DNA of 62,629 nt, counting the filler. It is 7 parts of 7 records of this genome, joined end to end, with 100 filler letters (N's around TTAATTAATTAA, not from the genome) between each part and the next. Parts side by side here need not be neighbours in the genome. Positions count along the whole stretch, not along the records: positions 20,435 to 30,583 come from SRR31156797_11714; positions 30,684 to 51,491 come from SRR31156797_11737; 5 more parts are not named here. One strand, 5' to 3'. The translations under genes and the position numbers were made by a program. Positions 28,617 to 37,808 of this stretch are shown one piece after another (within the stretch, counting starts at the first letter, position 1; every line of letters begins with the position of its first letter). A model generated the notes under the pieces. That model worked only from the letters and a program-made list of their open reading frames with translations, made no database searches and was not told the origin of the DNA.

Positions 28617-29674
28617 ATATGAACACTATGACGTCATTACAGCGTGTATTGACTACCCTTGGTCACAAAGAGCCAGATAGAGTCCCTTTTTTTCTACTGT
28701 TAACAATGCATGGTGCAAAGGAACTCGGGCTGTCAATCGAGGATTACTTTGCCAAAGCTGAAAATGTTGTTGAAGGCCAGTTGCGGCTGCGTGAGAAATA
28801 CAGGCATGATTGTATTTATAACTTTTTTTATGCTCCTGTGGAAATTGAAGCCTGGGGTGGCGAGATTATTTACCATGAAGACGGCCCTCCAAACTCTGGC
28901 CTGCCTTTTATACGGAATATTAAAGACATAGAGAAGTTGAAAATTCCAGATGTAAAAAGAACTCCTTGTTTGGCCAAGGTTTTGAATTCAGCCAGTATGC
29001 TAAAAGATAAGATCGGTGATGAGGTACCAATAATCGGTGTTGTTATGTCCCCGTTTTCATTACCTGTTATGCAGATGGGTTTTGAGAACTATATCCAATT
29101 GATGTATGAACATTCTGATCTGTTTCAGCATCTGATGAAAATAAATGAAGAATTTTGTGTTTCTTGGGCCAATGCACAATTAGAAGCTGGAACAACAGCA
29201 ATCTGTTATTTTGATCCTGTATCCTCTAATACAATCACAACAAAAGAGATGTACCTGAAAACGGGTTTTGAGGTGGCGAAGCGCACAATTGCAAGGATTA
29301 AAGGACCGACAGCGACACACATGGCATCGGGCCGCTGTATGCCAATCTTGGATAACATAGCACAAACAGGCACTGCCATTGTTGGAGTCAGCAAACAAGA
29401 AAGCCTGTTGTCTCTGAAAGAAGCTTGCCGGAACAAGCTTACGCTTTTGGGTAACATGAATGGAATAGAGATGCGGCGCTGGACACCAGAGGACGCTGAA
29501 CATGAAGTCAGGGAAGTAATTTCGCAAGCTGGGCCTGGAGGCGGCTTTATCCTCTCAGATAATCATGGCGAGATTCCATGGCAGATATCGGATGAGGTGC
29601 TTATGACCATAAGCGAAACTGTTCATAAGTGGGGACAGTATCCTTTGTCCTGGATCAGCCAAAATAAATCTTAA
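28613..29674 (+). CDS. Uroporphyrinogen decarboxylase / MtaA-CmuA methyltransferase family TIM-barrel protein (non-canonical)
   Basis: EPDRVP, SPFSL, FDPVSS, LLGNM and AGPGGGFILS; ATGA overlap with the corrinoid gene. Confidence 0.85.
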   Translation: MNMNTMTSLQRVLTTLGHKEPDRVPFFLLLTMHGAKELGLSIEDYFAKAENVVEGQLRLREKYRHDCIYNFFYAPVEIEAWGGEIIYHEDGPPNSGLPFIRNIKDIEKLKIPDVKRTPCLAKVLNSASMLKDKIGDEVPIIGVVMSPFSLPVMQMGFENYIQLMYEHSDLFQHLMKINEEFCVSWANAQLEAGTTAICYFDPVSSNTITTKEMYLKTGFEVAKRTIARIKGPTATHMASGRCMPILDNIAQTGTAIVGVSKQESLLSLKEACRNKLTLLGNMNGIEMRRWTPEDAEHEVREVISQAGPGGGFILSDNHGEIPWQISDEVLMTISETVHKWGQYPLSWISQNKS

Positions 29675-29705
29675 CAGTCAGGAGGCTGAGTGGAGTTGAA
29701 TATTA

Positions 29706-30410
29706 ATGGAAAATTCGGTATCAGAAAAAGAACTTACTATTGCAAGAAAACAATCCTCTGACTATGCCATGGCCTTTGATTCGATGGCAAGAATCACACA
29801 TTCAGGGAACGAGAAAGAAGCTGTAAAAAATATCCTTCAGTTGTTTGAAATGCTTTTCATTCCGGAAGTGCTTTATTACATATCTTTAAAGGACGGCTTA
29901 CCTGATCAGGTATACTCTCTGTCTCCTTTATCTGAAAATGAAACGGAGATTAAATGCCGGACTGAAATTTTTAGGGGTAGTTATGCATGGACAAAAACAC
30001 AGAAAGGTTTCCTTGTAAAGATAAAATTCAATGGCGCTGATTTTGGAATCGTTGAAGTGGATAATGTCCAATTCCCTGAGTATAAAGAGCATTATTTGAA
30101 TCTTACGCTGTCGATCACTGATGTGTGTGGGCTTGCAATTGAAAATGCCAGAAGGCATCAGGAGATTAAAGATGCTGAAAAAAGACTCCGCTTGGAGAAA
30201 AAAAAGTTGGAGCAAGCATTGTCTGAAGTCAAAACATTAAGCGGGCTCCTGCCGATCTGCATGCACTGTAAAGATATTAGAGATGATAAGGGCTATTGGA
30301 CCCAGATTGAATCATACATCCACGAACATTCTGAAGCCGAGTTCAGCCACGGTATATGCCAGGAATGTGCCAAGAAATACTACCCTGATATGGATATCTA
30401 TGAGGAATAG
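29706..30410 (+). CDS. Signalling protein: GAF-like segment + coiled coil + C-terminal LPICxxCK...SHGICxxC domain
   Basis: GIVEVD...GLAIENAR GAF-terminal helix; coiled coil; LLPICMHCKDIRDDKGYW...FSHGICQEC. Confidence 0.75.
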   Translation: MENSVSEKELTIARKQSSDYAMAFDSMARITHSGNEKEAVKNILQLFEMLFIPEVLYYISLKDGLPDQVYSLSPLSENETEIKCRTEIFRGSYAWTKTQKGFLVKIKFNGADFGIVEVDNVQFPEYKEHYLNLTLSITDVCGLAIENARRHQEIKDAEKRLRLEKKKLEQALSEVKTLSGLLPICMHCKDIRDDKGYWTQIESYIHEHSEAEFSHGICQECAKKYYPDMDIYEE

Positions 30411-30583
30411 CAAAGCGACAGATATGTCTATTTATGAACTCGGAAGAGACTGATATTAAGGGCGATGGCTTCTTCCGTTATTCCTGCGTAGGACTTTAAT
30501 CGGTACCATCACCAAAGATTCCATTAGTCCGGGGTTTGAATTTACTTCATTTCTCCCTAATCCACCATCAAAAAAAATGAAAA

Positions 30584-30683
30584 NNNNNNNNNNNNNNNNN
30601 NNNNNNNNNNNNNNNNNNNNNNNNNNNTTAATTAATTAANNNNNNNNNNNNNNNNNNNNNNNNNNNNNNNNNNNNNNNNNNNN
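30584..30683. other. Artificial contig linker
   Basis: N44-TTAATTAATTAA-N44. Confidence 0.98.
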
Positions 30684-31230
<547 letters not shown>

Positions 31231-31253
31231 TTACCTGATTTTTTAACAGTTTG

Positions 31254-31261
31254 CAAAAATA
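31254..31261 (-). promoter_or_regulatory. Bacteroidetes sigma-A -7 box (TAnnTTTG) for proS
   Basis: TATTTTTG on the minus strand, about 55 nt upstream of the proS ATG. Confidence 0.5.
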
Positions 31262-31329
31262 TAAAAATATCAATCGGACGTTATTTACTTACTCTATTTA
31301 CAAAACTAACAGTCAGGAGGCACTATAAA

Positions 31330-32922
31330 ATGAGAAACTTAATCATATTAATCATCGCCATTTTCGCACTGGCATCCTGCAAATCTACCTATGATTCAGC
31401 AGCAGCCTACGACGATGTTTATTACACACCCAAAAAGGATGTTGTTTCGAGTGCCGCAAGTAATTCTTCAAAAGTGGTTTACAGCGGATCAGCAGCAGCC
31501 AATCAATATGAACAATCTACAGTTCCACAATCCGAACCCGTTTCGGATGACGGATACAAAAGTTATGAATACATGGGAGACACGCTTCCGGCCGCTTCTT
31601 CAGAAGATGACGAATACTACTACGTTGAAGACTCGGAACTGGATTACTATGATTATGACTACGCATCAAGAATAGACCGCTTTCATAATCCTGCAGGTAG
31701 TTTTGGCTATTATGCACCCGTCTATGGCGGATATGCACCTTCCTATGGCCCCAGTTTCTCGATGAGTTATGGTTTTGGATTTCCTTCATCATACTTTTCA
31801 CTTGGATTTGGCTACGGCTGGGGTGGCGGATATTACAATCCGTATTGTTATGACCCATGGTATTGTTCACCATATTGGGGATATCCTTCATATGGTTGGG
31901 GCTACGGAAGTTCATACTGGGCAGGATACAACCATGGCTACTGGAATGGTTATTATGCCGGCGGTGGCGGATACTACCCCGGATACCCTGGCGGTGGTGA
32001 AACCATTTACCCTGAATATTATTACGGGCCAAGAAATTCCCGTGGAAGTTCAATCGTAGGAAGTTCAGGTGCAAGAGGCTCAAGAATTGAAGATGGAAGT
32101 GGAGACAGTGATGTGAAAAATTCTTTTGTTTCAGGAAGAGGCAGCAGGACTGATAATGGACAGGCCTCTGGTGTTGAATTGCAAAATACGCAACGCACAT
32201 CACGCACCCTTGAGCCAAACCAGACAACTGGCGATGACCAGTCACGTACAACACGTTCTGAAAAGATGACCAAACCAGCAGAAGCCGGTGCCATTGCAAC
32301 CGAATCATCACGAAGTGAAAGAGCCAAAGGTGATAACCGGACCTCAAATCCGGAAGTGACCCGTACGTATGCCAAGCCATCTGCTGAATCCAGTGATATT
32401 TCAGGAAATGGCCGCAGTATCCGAACCCAGGAAAAACCAGGAAACGGTTCAACCAAACAATACACGCAACCATCGAATACTTCATCCAGAGGTGACATTT
32501 ATTCAAGGACAAAGCGGTATGCAAAACCCGCTTCAGAAAGCCTGAGTAACACCAGAAGTACCGGAAACACAAAACGTTATACTTCACCAAATGCCAACAG
32601 GCCACGGTCGAGCAACGAATACACCGTTCCTCAATCCAAGCCGACAAGGACTTACACAACACCATCACGGTCAAATAATTCATTCAATTCTTCAAACAGA
32701 AATACACGCAGCTATTCTTCACCATCAAGATCAAACAGGAGTTACTCATCTCCAAGCCGTAGTTACAGCCAGCCATCAAGGAGTTACAGTTCGCCAAGCA
32801 GAAGCACTTCTTCTCCTTCAAGATCATCGGGCAGCTATTCTTCACCTTCAAGGTCGTCTGGCAGTAGCAGCAGTGGAAGCAGATCGAGCGGAAGCTCTTC
32901 CGGTGGCAGAAGAGGAAGATAA
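31330..32922 (+). CDS. Lipoprotein with Tyr/Gly/Trp-rich core and Ser/Arg-rich repetitive tail
   Basis: Lipobox LASC; YDDVYY and YASRIDRFH motifs typical of this Bacteroidetes family; SYSSPSRS-like repeats. Confidence 0.85.
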   Translation: MRNLIILIIAIFALASCKSTYDSAAAYDDVYYTPKKDVVSSAASNSSKVVYSGSAAANQYEQSTVPQSEPVSDDGYKSYEYMGDTLPAASSEDDEYYYVEDSELDYYDYDYASRIDRFHNPAGSFGYYAPVYGGYAPSYGPSFSMSYGFGFPSSYFSLGFGYGWGGGYYNPYCYDPWYCSPYWGYPSYGWGYGSSYWAGYNHGYWNGYYAGGGGYYPGYPGGGETIYPEYYYGPRNSRGSSIVGSSGARGSRIEDGSGDSDVKNSFVSGRGSRTDNGQASGVELQNTQRTSRTLEPNQTTGDDQSRTTRSEKMTKPAEAGAIATESSRSERAKGDNRTSNPEVTRTYAKPSAESSDISGNGRSIRTQEKPGNGSTKQYTQPSNTSSRGDIYSRTKRYAKPASESLSNTRSTGNTKRYTSPNANRPRSSNEYTVPQSKPTRTYTTPSRSNNSFNSSNRNTRSYSSPSRSNRSYSSPSRSYSQPSRSYSSPSRSTSSPSRSSGSYSSPSRSSGSSSSGSRSSGSSSGGRRGR

Positions 32923-32964
32923 TTTTCGACCGCCCCCTTTTTCAACTTTAAAAGAAGTAATAAA

Positions 32965-34428
32965 ATGAAAAAAATCATTCTTATAACAGGATTTTTGTAC
33001 CTCTTTACTACGGGTGTAAATGCACAAAACGAAGAAGATGTACTCAGGTATTCAATTTATGATATTACCGGAACTGCCCGTTACATGGGTATTGGAGGTG
33101 CATATGGAGCTATAGGTGCAGATTTTTCGTCGTTGAGCAATAACCCTGCAGGGATTGGATTGTATAAAAAATCGGAATTCTCCATTTCACCATCCATATT
33201 CATCGGGAGCACTGAGGGTAATTATATGGGCAATACGCTCGAAGATGGTAAAAACAACTTCGCCCTGGGAAATGTCGGGATAGTAGTTGCAGGCTCACCG
33301 GTTGACAGACTCGACCGAAGCCCGGTTCAGAATTACCAATTTGGATTTGGCCTGAACAGGCTTAAGGATTTTAATAACAGAGCTATCATGGAAGGCATGA
33401 ACGATCAACACTCCCTGCTGGATACGTACCTCGTTTATGCCGGAAATAAAAGTCCGGAAGCGTTAAACGCTTTCGATACCCGCCCTGCCTTTGATACGTA
33501 TCTGATCGATACGGTACCTGGTGCCGGACAATACACTTACATCAATGCCTACGACTATATCGGTGGCTTTACTTCATCAATACAAAGAAAGTCAATCGAA
33601 ACAACAGGCTCGATGAATGAAGTTGTTTTGAGCGGTGGTATAAATCTTAGCGATAAGGTTTATTTTGGAGTAACCTTTGGGTTTCCATACATGCGTTACA
33701 AACAAACGGCAAAATTTACCGAATTTAATCAAACTGAAGAGCGCGATCTGGACGAGTTCACAATTACTGAAACGCTTGAAACCAAAGGGAGTGGCTTCAA
33801 CATTAAGTTTGGAACAATTATAAAAGCAACGCCATTTTTAAGACTTGGCGCTTCATTTCATACCCCCACCTGGTACAATAATATTACTGATAAATGGAGC
33901 ACAAATACACAGGCTTACTATACAAATGGTGATTACTTCAGAGCCGGATCGCCTCTTGGCGAATTTAAATATGATATCAAAACTCCATGGCGCGCATCAG
34001 GAAGCGCGGCATTGGTGATGGGCAGGCTTGGATTGATAAGTGCTGAATACACTTATGTTGATTATACTTCCGCGCGATTGAGTCCGTCTGTAGATTTCAC
34101 CGGGCCAAACAATGTGATAAAAAACAGCTTCACCCAAACCCATAATTTCCGCCTGGGTACCGAAATTGTTCTTGGTATAATGCAGGTCAGAGCCGGATAT
34201 GCCTATAACATGAGCCCTTTCAACGAAGGCGTTAACGATGCCAGTTGGGAAGTTATTTCCGGAGGTGTTGGCTACAGGACTTCCGAATTTTTTATTGATG
34301 CAGCATTGTCATACAATCTTACCGGCCGTGATTATTACCTGTATAGCAGCCAAAACTATGAGGCACAAGCCAAACTTGACAATAAGAACTATAATTTCAT
34401 CCTGACATTTGGCTACAGATTTGAATAA
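32965..34428 (+). CDS. Outer-membrane beta-barrel, FadL/OmpP1-like
   Basis: Signal peptide; GTARYMGIGGAYGAIGADFSSLSNNPAGIG hatch motif; C-terminal GYRF. Confidence 0.85.
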   Translation: MKKIILITGFLYLFTTGVNAQNEEDVLRYSIYDITGTARYMGIGGAYGAIGADFSSLSNNPAGIGLYKKSEFSISPSIFIGSTEGNYMGNTLEDGKNNFALGNVGIVVAGSPVDRLDRSPVQNYQFGFGLNRLKDFNNRAIMEGMNDQHSLLDTYLVYAGNKSPEALNAFDTRPAFDTYLIDTVPGAGQYTYINAYDYIGGFTSSIQRKSIETTGSMNEVVLSGGINLSDKVYFGVTFGFPYMRYKQTAKFTEFNQTEERDLDEFTITETLETKGSGFNIKFGTIIKATPFLRLGASFHTPTWYNNITDKWSTNTQAYYTNGDYFRAGSPLGEFKYDIKTPWRASGSAALVMGRLGLISAEYTYVDYTSARLSPSVDFTGPNNVIKNSFTQTHNFRLGTEIVLGIMQVRAGYAYNMSPFNEGVNDASWEVISGGVGYRTSEFFIDAALSYNLTGRDYYLYSSQNYEAQAKLDNKNYNFILTFGYRFE

Positions 34429-34487
34429 AAAGCATTTAGAAACCAGTCCTGCAAGGCCGGTTCCTAAATTATCTTCATAAACTGTAC

Positions 34488-34525
34488 AAAAAAAGGCGAT
34501 GTAAACAATACACCGCCTTTTTTTT
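34488..34525. terminator. Bidirectional intrinsic terminator between convergent genes
   Basis: A7-GGCGATGTA-loop-TACACCGCC-T8. Confidence 0.75.
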
Positions 34526-34541
34526 AATAAATTGTGAATAT

Positions 34542-35345
34542 CTAATTTTCCTTCACATTTTTATCAATATCATCATCAACCAGAATACGGCCGCAATATT
34601 CGCAAACAATAATTTTCTTGTGCATCCTGATATCGAGTTGGTGCTGCGGCGGAATTTTATTAAAACAACCACCACAGGCATCCCTTTCAATTTGTACAAC
34701 AGCAAGGCCGTTGCGCGCATTTTTTCTAATCCTGTTATAAGCAACCACCAAACGGTCTTCGATCATTTTTTTAAGGTCTTGTGATTTATTGTACAAAGCC
34801 TTCTCCTCTTTTTCAGTCTCCTGTACAATATCTTTCAACTCTGAGTTTTTTATCCTCAAATCCGATTCACGCTCTTTGAGCTGTGCTTTGGCGTCGTTTA
34901 TTTGTTCGGTTTTCAGTTCAAGCGCCGTGGTAAATTCGCTGATTCTTTTTTCTGAAAGTTGCATCTCCAGGTTTTGAAATTCAATTTCCTTGCTCAACGA
35001 ATCGTATTCCCGGTTGTTACGCACATTCATTTGTTGTTCTTCGTAGCGCTTAATGAGGGCTTTACTTTCCTTAATTGCCTGTTTCTTATCGTTTACCTGC
35101 TTTTCGAAATTCCTAACTTCTTCCTGATGTTTGTCGATACGGGTTTGCAATCCTTCAATTTCATCTTCAAGATCCTGCACCTCAAGTGGAAGCTCACCCC
35201 TGATAATCTTGATTTTATCAATTTGTGAATCGATTTGTTGTAAACCGTATAATGCGATGAGTTTATCCTTAATCGATACTTCGGTTACCTCCGTTTTACT
35301 ACCTTTCTTTTGGCCGCTTTCCGCTACCTGACTTTGTTTTGCCAT
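34542..35345 (-). CDS. Coiled-coil protein with C4-type zinc ribbon (CT398/HP0958 family)
   Basis: LQQIDSQID, RGELPLEV, long coiled coil, ACGGCF and CEYCGRIL. Confidence 0.9.
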   Translation of the reverse strand: MAKQSQVAESGQKKGSKTEVTEVSIKDKLIALYGLQQIDSQIDKIKIIRGELPLEVQDLEDEIEGLQTRIDKHQEEVRNFEKQVNDKKQAIKESKALIKRYEEQQMNVRNNREYDSLSKEIEFQNLEMQLSEKRISEFTTALELKTEQINDAKAQLKERESDLRIKNSELKDIVQETEKEEKALYNKSQDLKKMIEDRLVVAYNRIRKNARNGLAVVQIERDACGGCFNKIPPQHQLDIRMHKKIIVCEYCGRILVDDDIDKNVKEN

Positions 35346-35373
35346 ACTTTTATGGAATTATTAATTTATCGTT

Positions 35374-36468
35374 CTAAAAATAATTGATCGGGTTGGTGTT
35401 TACCGCCGAAATTTGGACCGCAAAAGTAGAAAAATTTTTCTTTATCAAGTTCATTAATAATTCCTTGGTAAACTGTTCACTTTCGTAATGCCCAATGTCG
35501 GCGATAATAATTTTGCCATCGGCGTCAAAAAATTCATGGTATTTGATATCTCCACTGATGTATATATCTGCGCCTGCTCCAATAGCCTTATGAATTAAAA
35601 AACTGCCACTTCCACCGCAAAGCGCCACTTTCCTTATTTTTTTACTGGTAATGGCTGTATGTCTTACACAACCTGCTCCAAAAGTTCGCTTAAGCCTTTT
35701 CAAAAATTCAGTAGTATTTTCCGATTTCTCCAGTTCGCCGACTATACCGGCGCCAACCTGGTTATGTTTGTTTGCCAGTGGATAAACATCGTAGGCCACT
35801 TCCTCATATGGATGAGATGTAATCATAGCCTTTAAAATTGTTGCTTCCAGGTGTTTTGGGTAGATAAATTCTGTACGGATCTCATCCTCATAGTGAAGCT
35901 CGTTTTTTTTACCAACATAAGGGTTGGTCCCTTCAAGAGCTCTGAAAGTTCCCTGTCCCGGACTGTTAAAGCTACAACTGTCATAATTCCCGATATGCCC
36001 TGCGCCGGCATCAAAAATTGCTTTGCGAACTTCCACCGCGTGGCTCATTGGAATAAATACTACCAGCTTTCTTAACTGATCTTGTTTTGGGTCTAGAATC
36101 TCCTGATTACGCAACCCCAGTTTATCTCCAATAATCCTGTTTACCCCTTCTGCCACATTGTCCAGGTTTGTATGAGCGGCATAAACTGCAATATCATTTT
36201 TAATGCATTTGGTAACAAGCCTGCCAATCATCTGCCTGGTATTGATCTTTTTTAGTCCTTTAAAAATCAATGGATGATGTGCAATGATCAGATTATGCTT
36301 GGTATGAATAGCTTCATCCACTACAGCATCAGTTACATCGAGGGTGATCAATGCACCGGTTGCTTCAGTTCCCGGATCACCAATTATTAAGCCTGCATTG
36401 TCGTAGGATTCCTGCAATGGAAGCGGTGCAAAATGTTCGATAAGTTGTGTAATTTCCTTAACTGTCAT
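35374..36468 (-). CDS. Nif3-like dinuclear metal centre protein (YbgI/YqfO)
   Basis: QESYDNAGL, AHHPLIF, AHTNLD, HPYEEVAYD and DIGHYESE motifs. Confidence 0.93.
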   Translation of the reverse strand: MTVKEITQLIEHFAPLPLQESYDNAGLIIGDPGTEATGALITLDVTDAVVDEAIHTKHNLIIAHHPLIFKGLKKINTRQMIGRLVTKCIKNDIAVYAAHTNLDNVAEGVNRIIGDKLGLRNQEILDPKQDQLRKLVVFIPMSHAVEVRKAIFDAGAGHIGNYDSCSFNSPGQGTFRALEGTNPYVGKKNELHYEDEIRTEFIYPKHLEATILKAMITSHPYEEVAYDVYPLANKHNQVGAGIVGELEKSENTTEFLKRLKRTFGAGCVRHTAITSKKIRKVALCGGSGSFLIHKAIGAGADIYISGDIKYHEFFDADGKIIIADIGHYESEQFTKELLMNLIKKNFSTFAVQISAVNTNPINYF

Positions 36469-36476
36469 ATCAAAAT

Positions 36477-37232
36477 TTATTTGTCTAAAAACTGAACGTC
36501 CTTAATATCAAATTCTTTCATTTGGCCGTCAACGAATATCTGCAAAAAACCAAATTGCGAAACCCCCTTAATTTCTCCAAAAAATTTTTGACCGTTGCTG
36601 TTAAATGGGGCTAATCGGTTGATTTTATATAGCGACCTGATATAAAGCTCATCAATACGCTTTCGATAACCTGCCCTAAGCCAGTTATAATATTTTTCAA
36701 ACTGCATACCCAAATTGTGCAATACTTCCTCCAGATCAAACTCTTTGCCGGTAGCCAGTTTTAGGGATGTTGCATTGGGTATAACTTTGCTAAACTTTTC
36801 CTGGTTTACGTTCAGGCCGATACCCACAACTGAATGATTCAGCTTATTTACTAGCACGGAATTGCGCGACAATATTCCTGCAATTTTAAGGTTTCTGGCA
36901 TAAATGTCATTGGGCCACTTTACCAAAACTGGTGAACCACTCACAAATTTTCTAACACATTCTTGCACAGCTAAAGATACAACTTTGTTTATCATGAACT
37001 GATCGGCTGCAAGTAGAAAGTCAGGGTACAGGATAAAGCTAACCAACAGGTTTTTACCATTCTCACTTTCCCAGGCATTACCTGCCATTCCGGAGCCCTT
37101 AGTTTGATATTTGGCAACAATGGCAGAACCTTCGGCTGGTTTTTCCTCAATAATCCAGTTTTCGGCGGTGATATTTGTTGATTCAACTTCGCTGAAACGC
37201 CTTATATTTTTGAGAAACAGCAGCTTTTTCAT
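36477..37232 (-). CDS. birA: Biotin--[acetyl-CoA carboxylase] ligase (no HTH)
   Basis: ESTN, QTKGSG...WES, VKWPNDIY, KIAGIL and GIGLNVN. Start reassigned to ATG 37232. Confidence 0.9.
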   Translation of the reverse strand: MKKLLFLKNIRRFSEVESTNITAENWIIEEKPAEGSAIVAKYQTKGSGMAGNAWESENGKNLLVSFILYPDFLLAADQFMINKVVSLAVQECVRKFVSGSPVLVKWPNDIYARNLKIAGILSRNSVLVNKLNHSVVGIGLNVNQEKFSKVIPNATSLKLATGKEFDLEEVLHNLGMQFEKYYNWLRAGYRKRIDELYIRSLYKINRLAPFNSNGQKFFGEIKGVSQFGFLQIFVDGQMKEFDIKDVQFLDK

Positions 37233-37384
37233 ATGAACATAATTCGTAAAGTGTGGTTGTAAAAGATAGGACGAAAGTAGCAATTCCGGCTTAAAATAAT
37301 TAAGGCATTGTTTTTGATTACATGAAAAATCCGCTTCAACAATCAAAGCGCACGTCAGTAACGATGTTTACCAATTAAAATAGC

Positions 37385-37392
37385 TACTTTTG
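37385..37392 (+). promoter_or_regulatory. Bacteroidetes sigma-A -7 box for the rsfS-ftsH operon
   Basis: TACTTTTG about 24 nt upstream of the rsfS ATG. Confidence 0.55.
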
Positions 37393-37415
37393 CGGCAAAT
37401 TATTAAAATTACTAA

Positions 37416-37802
37416 ATGACTGAAAATAAATCATTAAACGAAACAGACAAAATTTTAGATTCAATCATTCAGGGTATACAGGAAAAGAAGGGTAAAAAAA
37501 TTGTGAACCTGGATCTGAGTAACATAGAAAATGCAGTTTGTAAAAACTTCGTGGTATGTCATGGCGATTCAAACAGACAGGTTTCTGCAATCGCTGATTC
37601 TGTGCAGGAATTTGTAAGAAAAAACACCAAAGAAAAACCATGGCACAAAGAGGGTGAGCAAAACGCCGACTGGATTTTACTTGATTATGCAGATGTGGTT
37701 GTGCATATTTTTAAAGAAGAAACACGCAGATTTTACAATATTGAAGGCTTGTGGGCTGATGCAAAAATAGCCGAGATCAATCAACAAACTAAGGAAGCTT
37801 AA
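37416..37802 (+). CDS. rsfS: Ribosome silencing factor
   Basis: EKKG, FVVCHGDSNRQV and WILLDYADVVVHIF...RRFYNIEGLW. Confidence 0.95.
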   Translation: MTENKSLNETDKILDSIIQGIQEKKGKKIVNLDLSNIENAVCKNFVVCHGDSNRQVSAIADSVQEFVRKNTKEKPWHKEGEQNADWILLDYADVVVHIFKEETRRFYNIEGLWADAKIAEINQQTKEA

Positions 37803-37808
37803 AATAGA

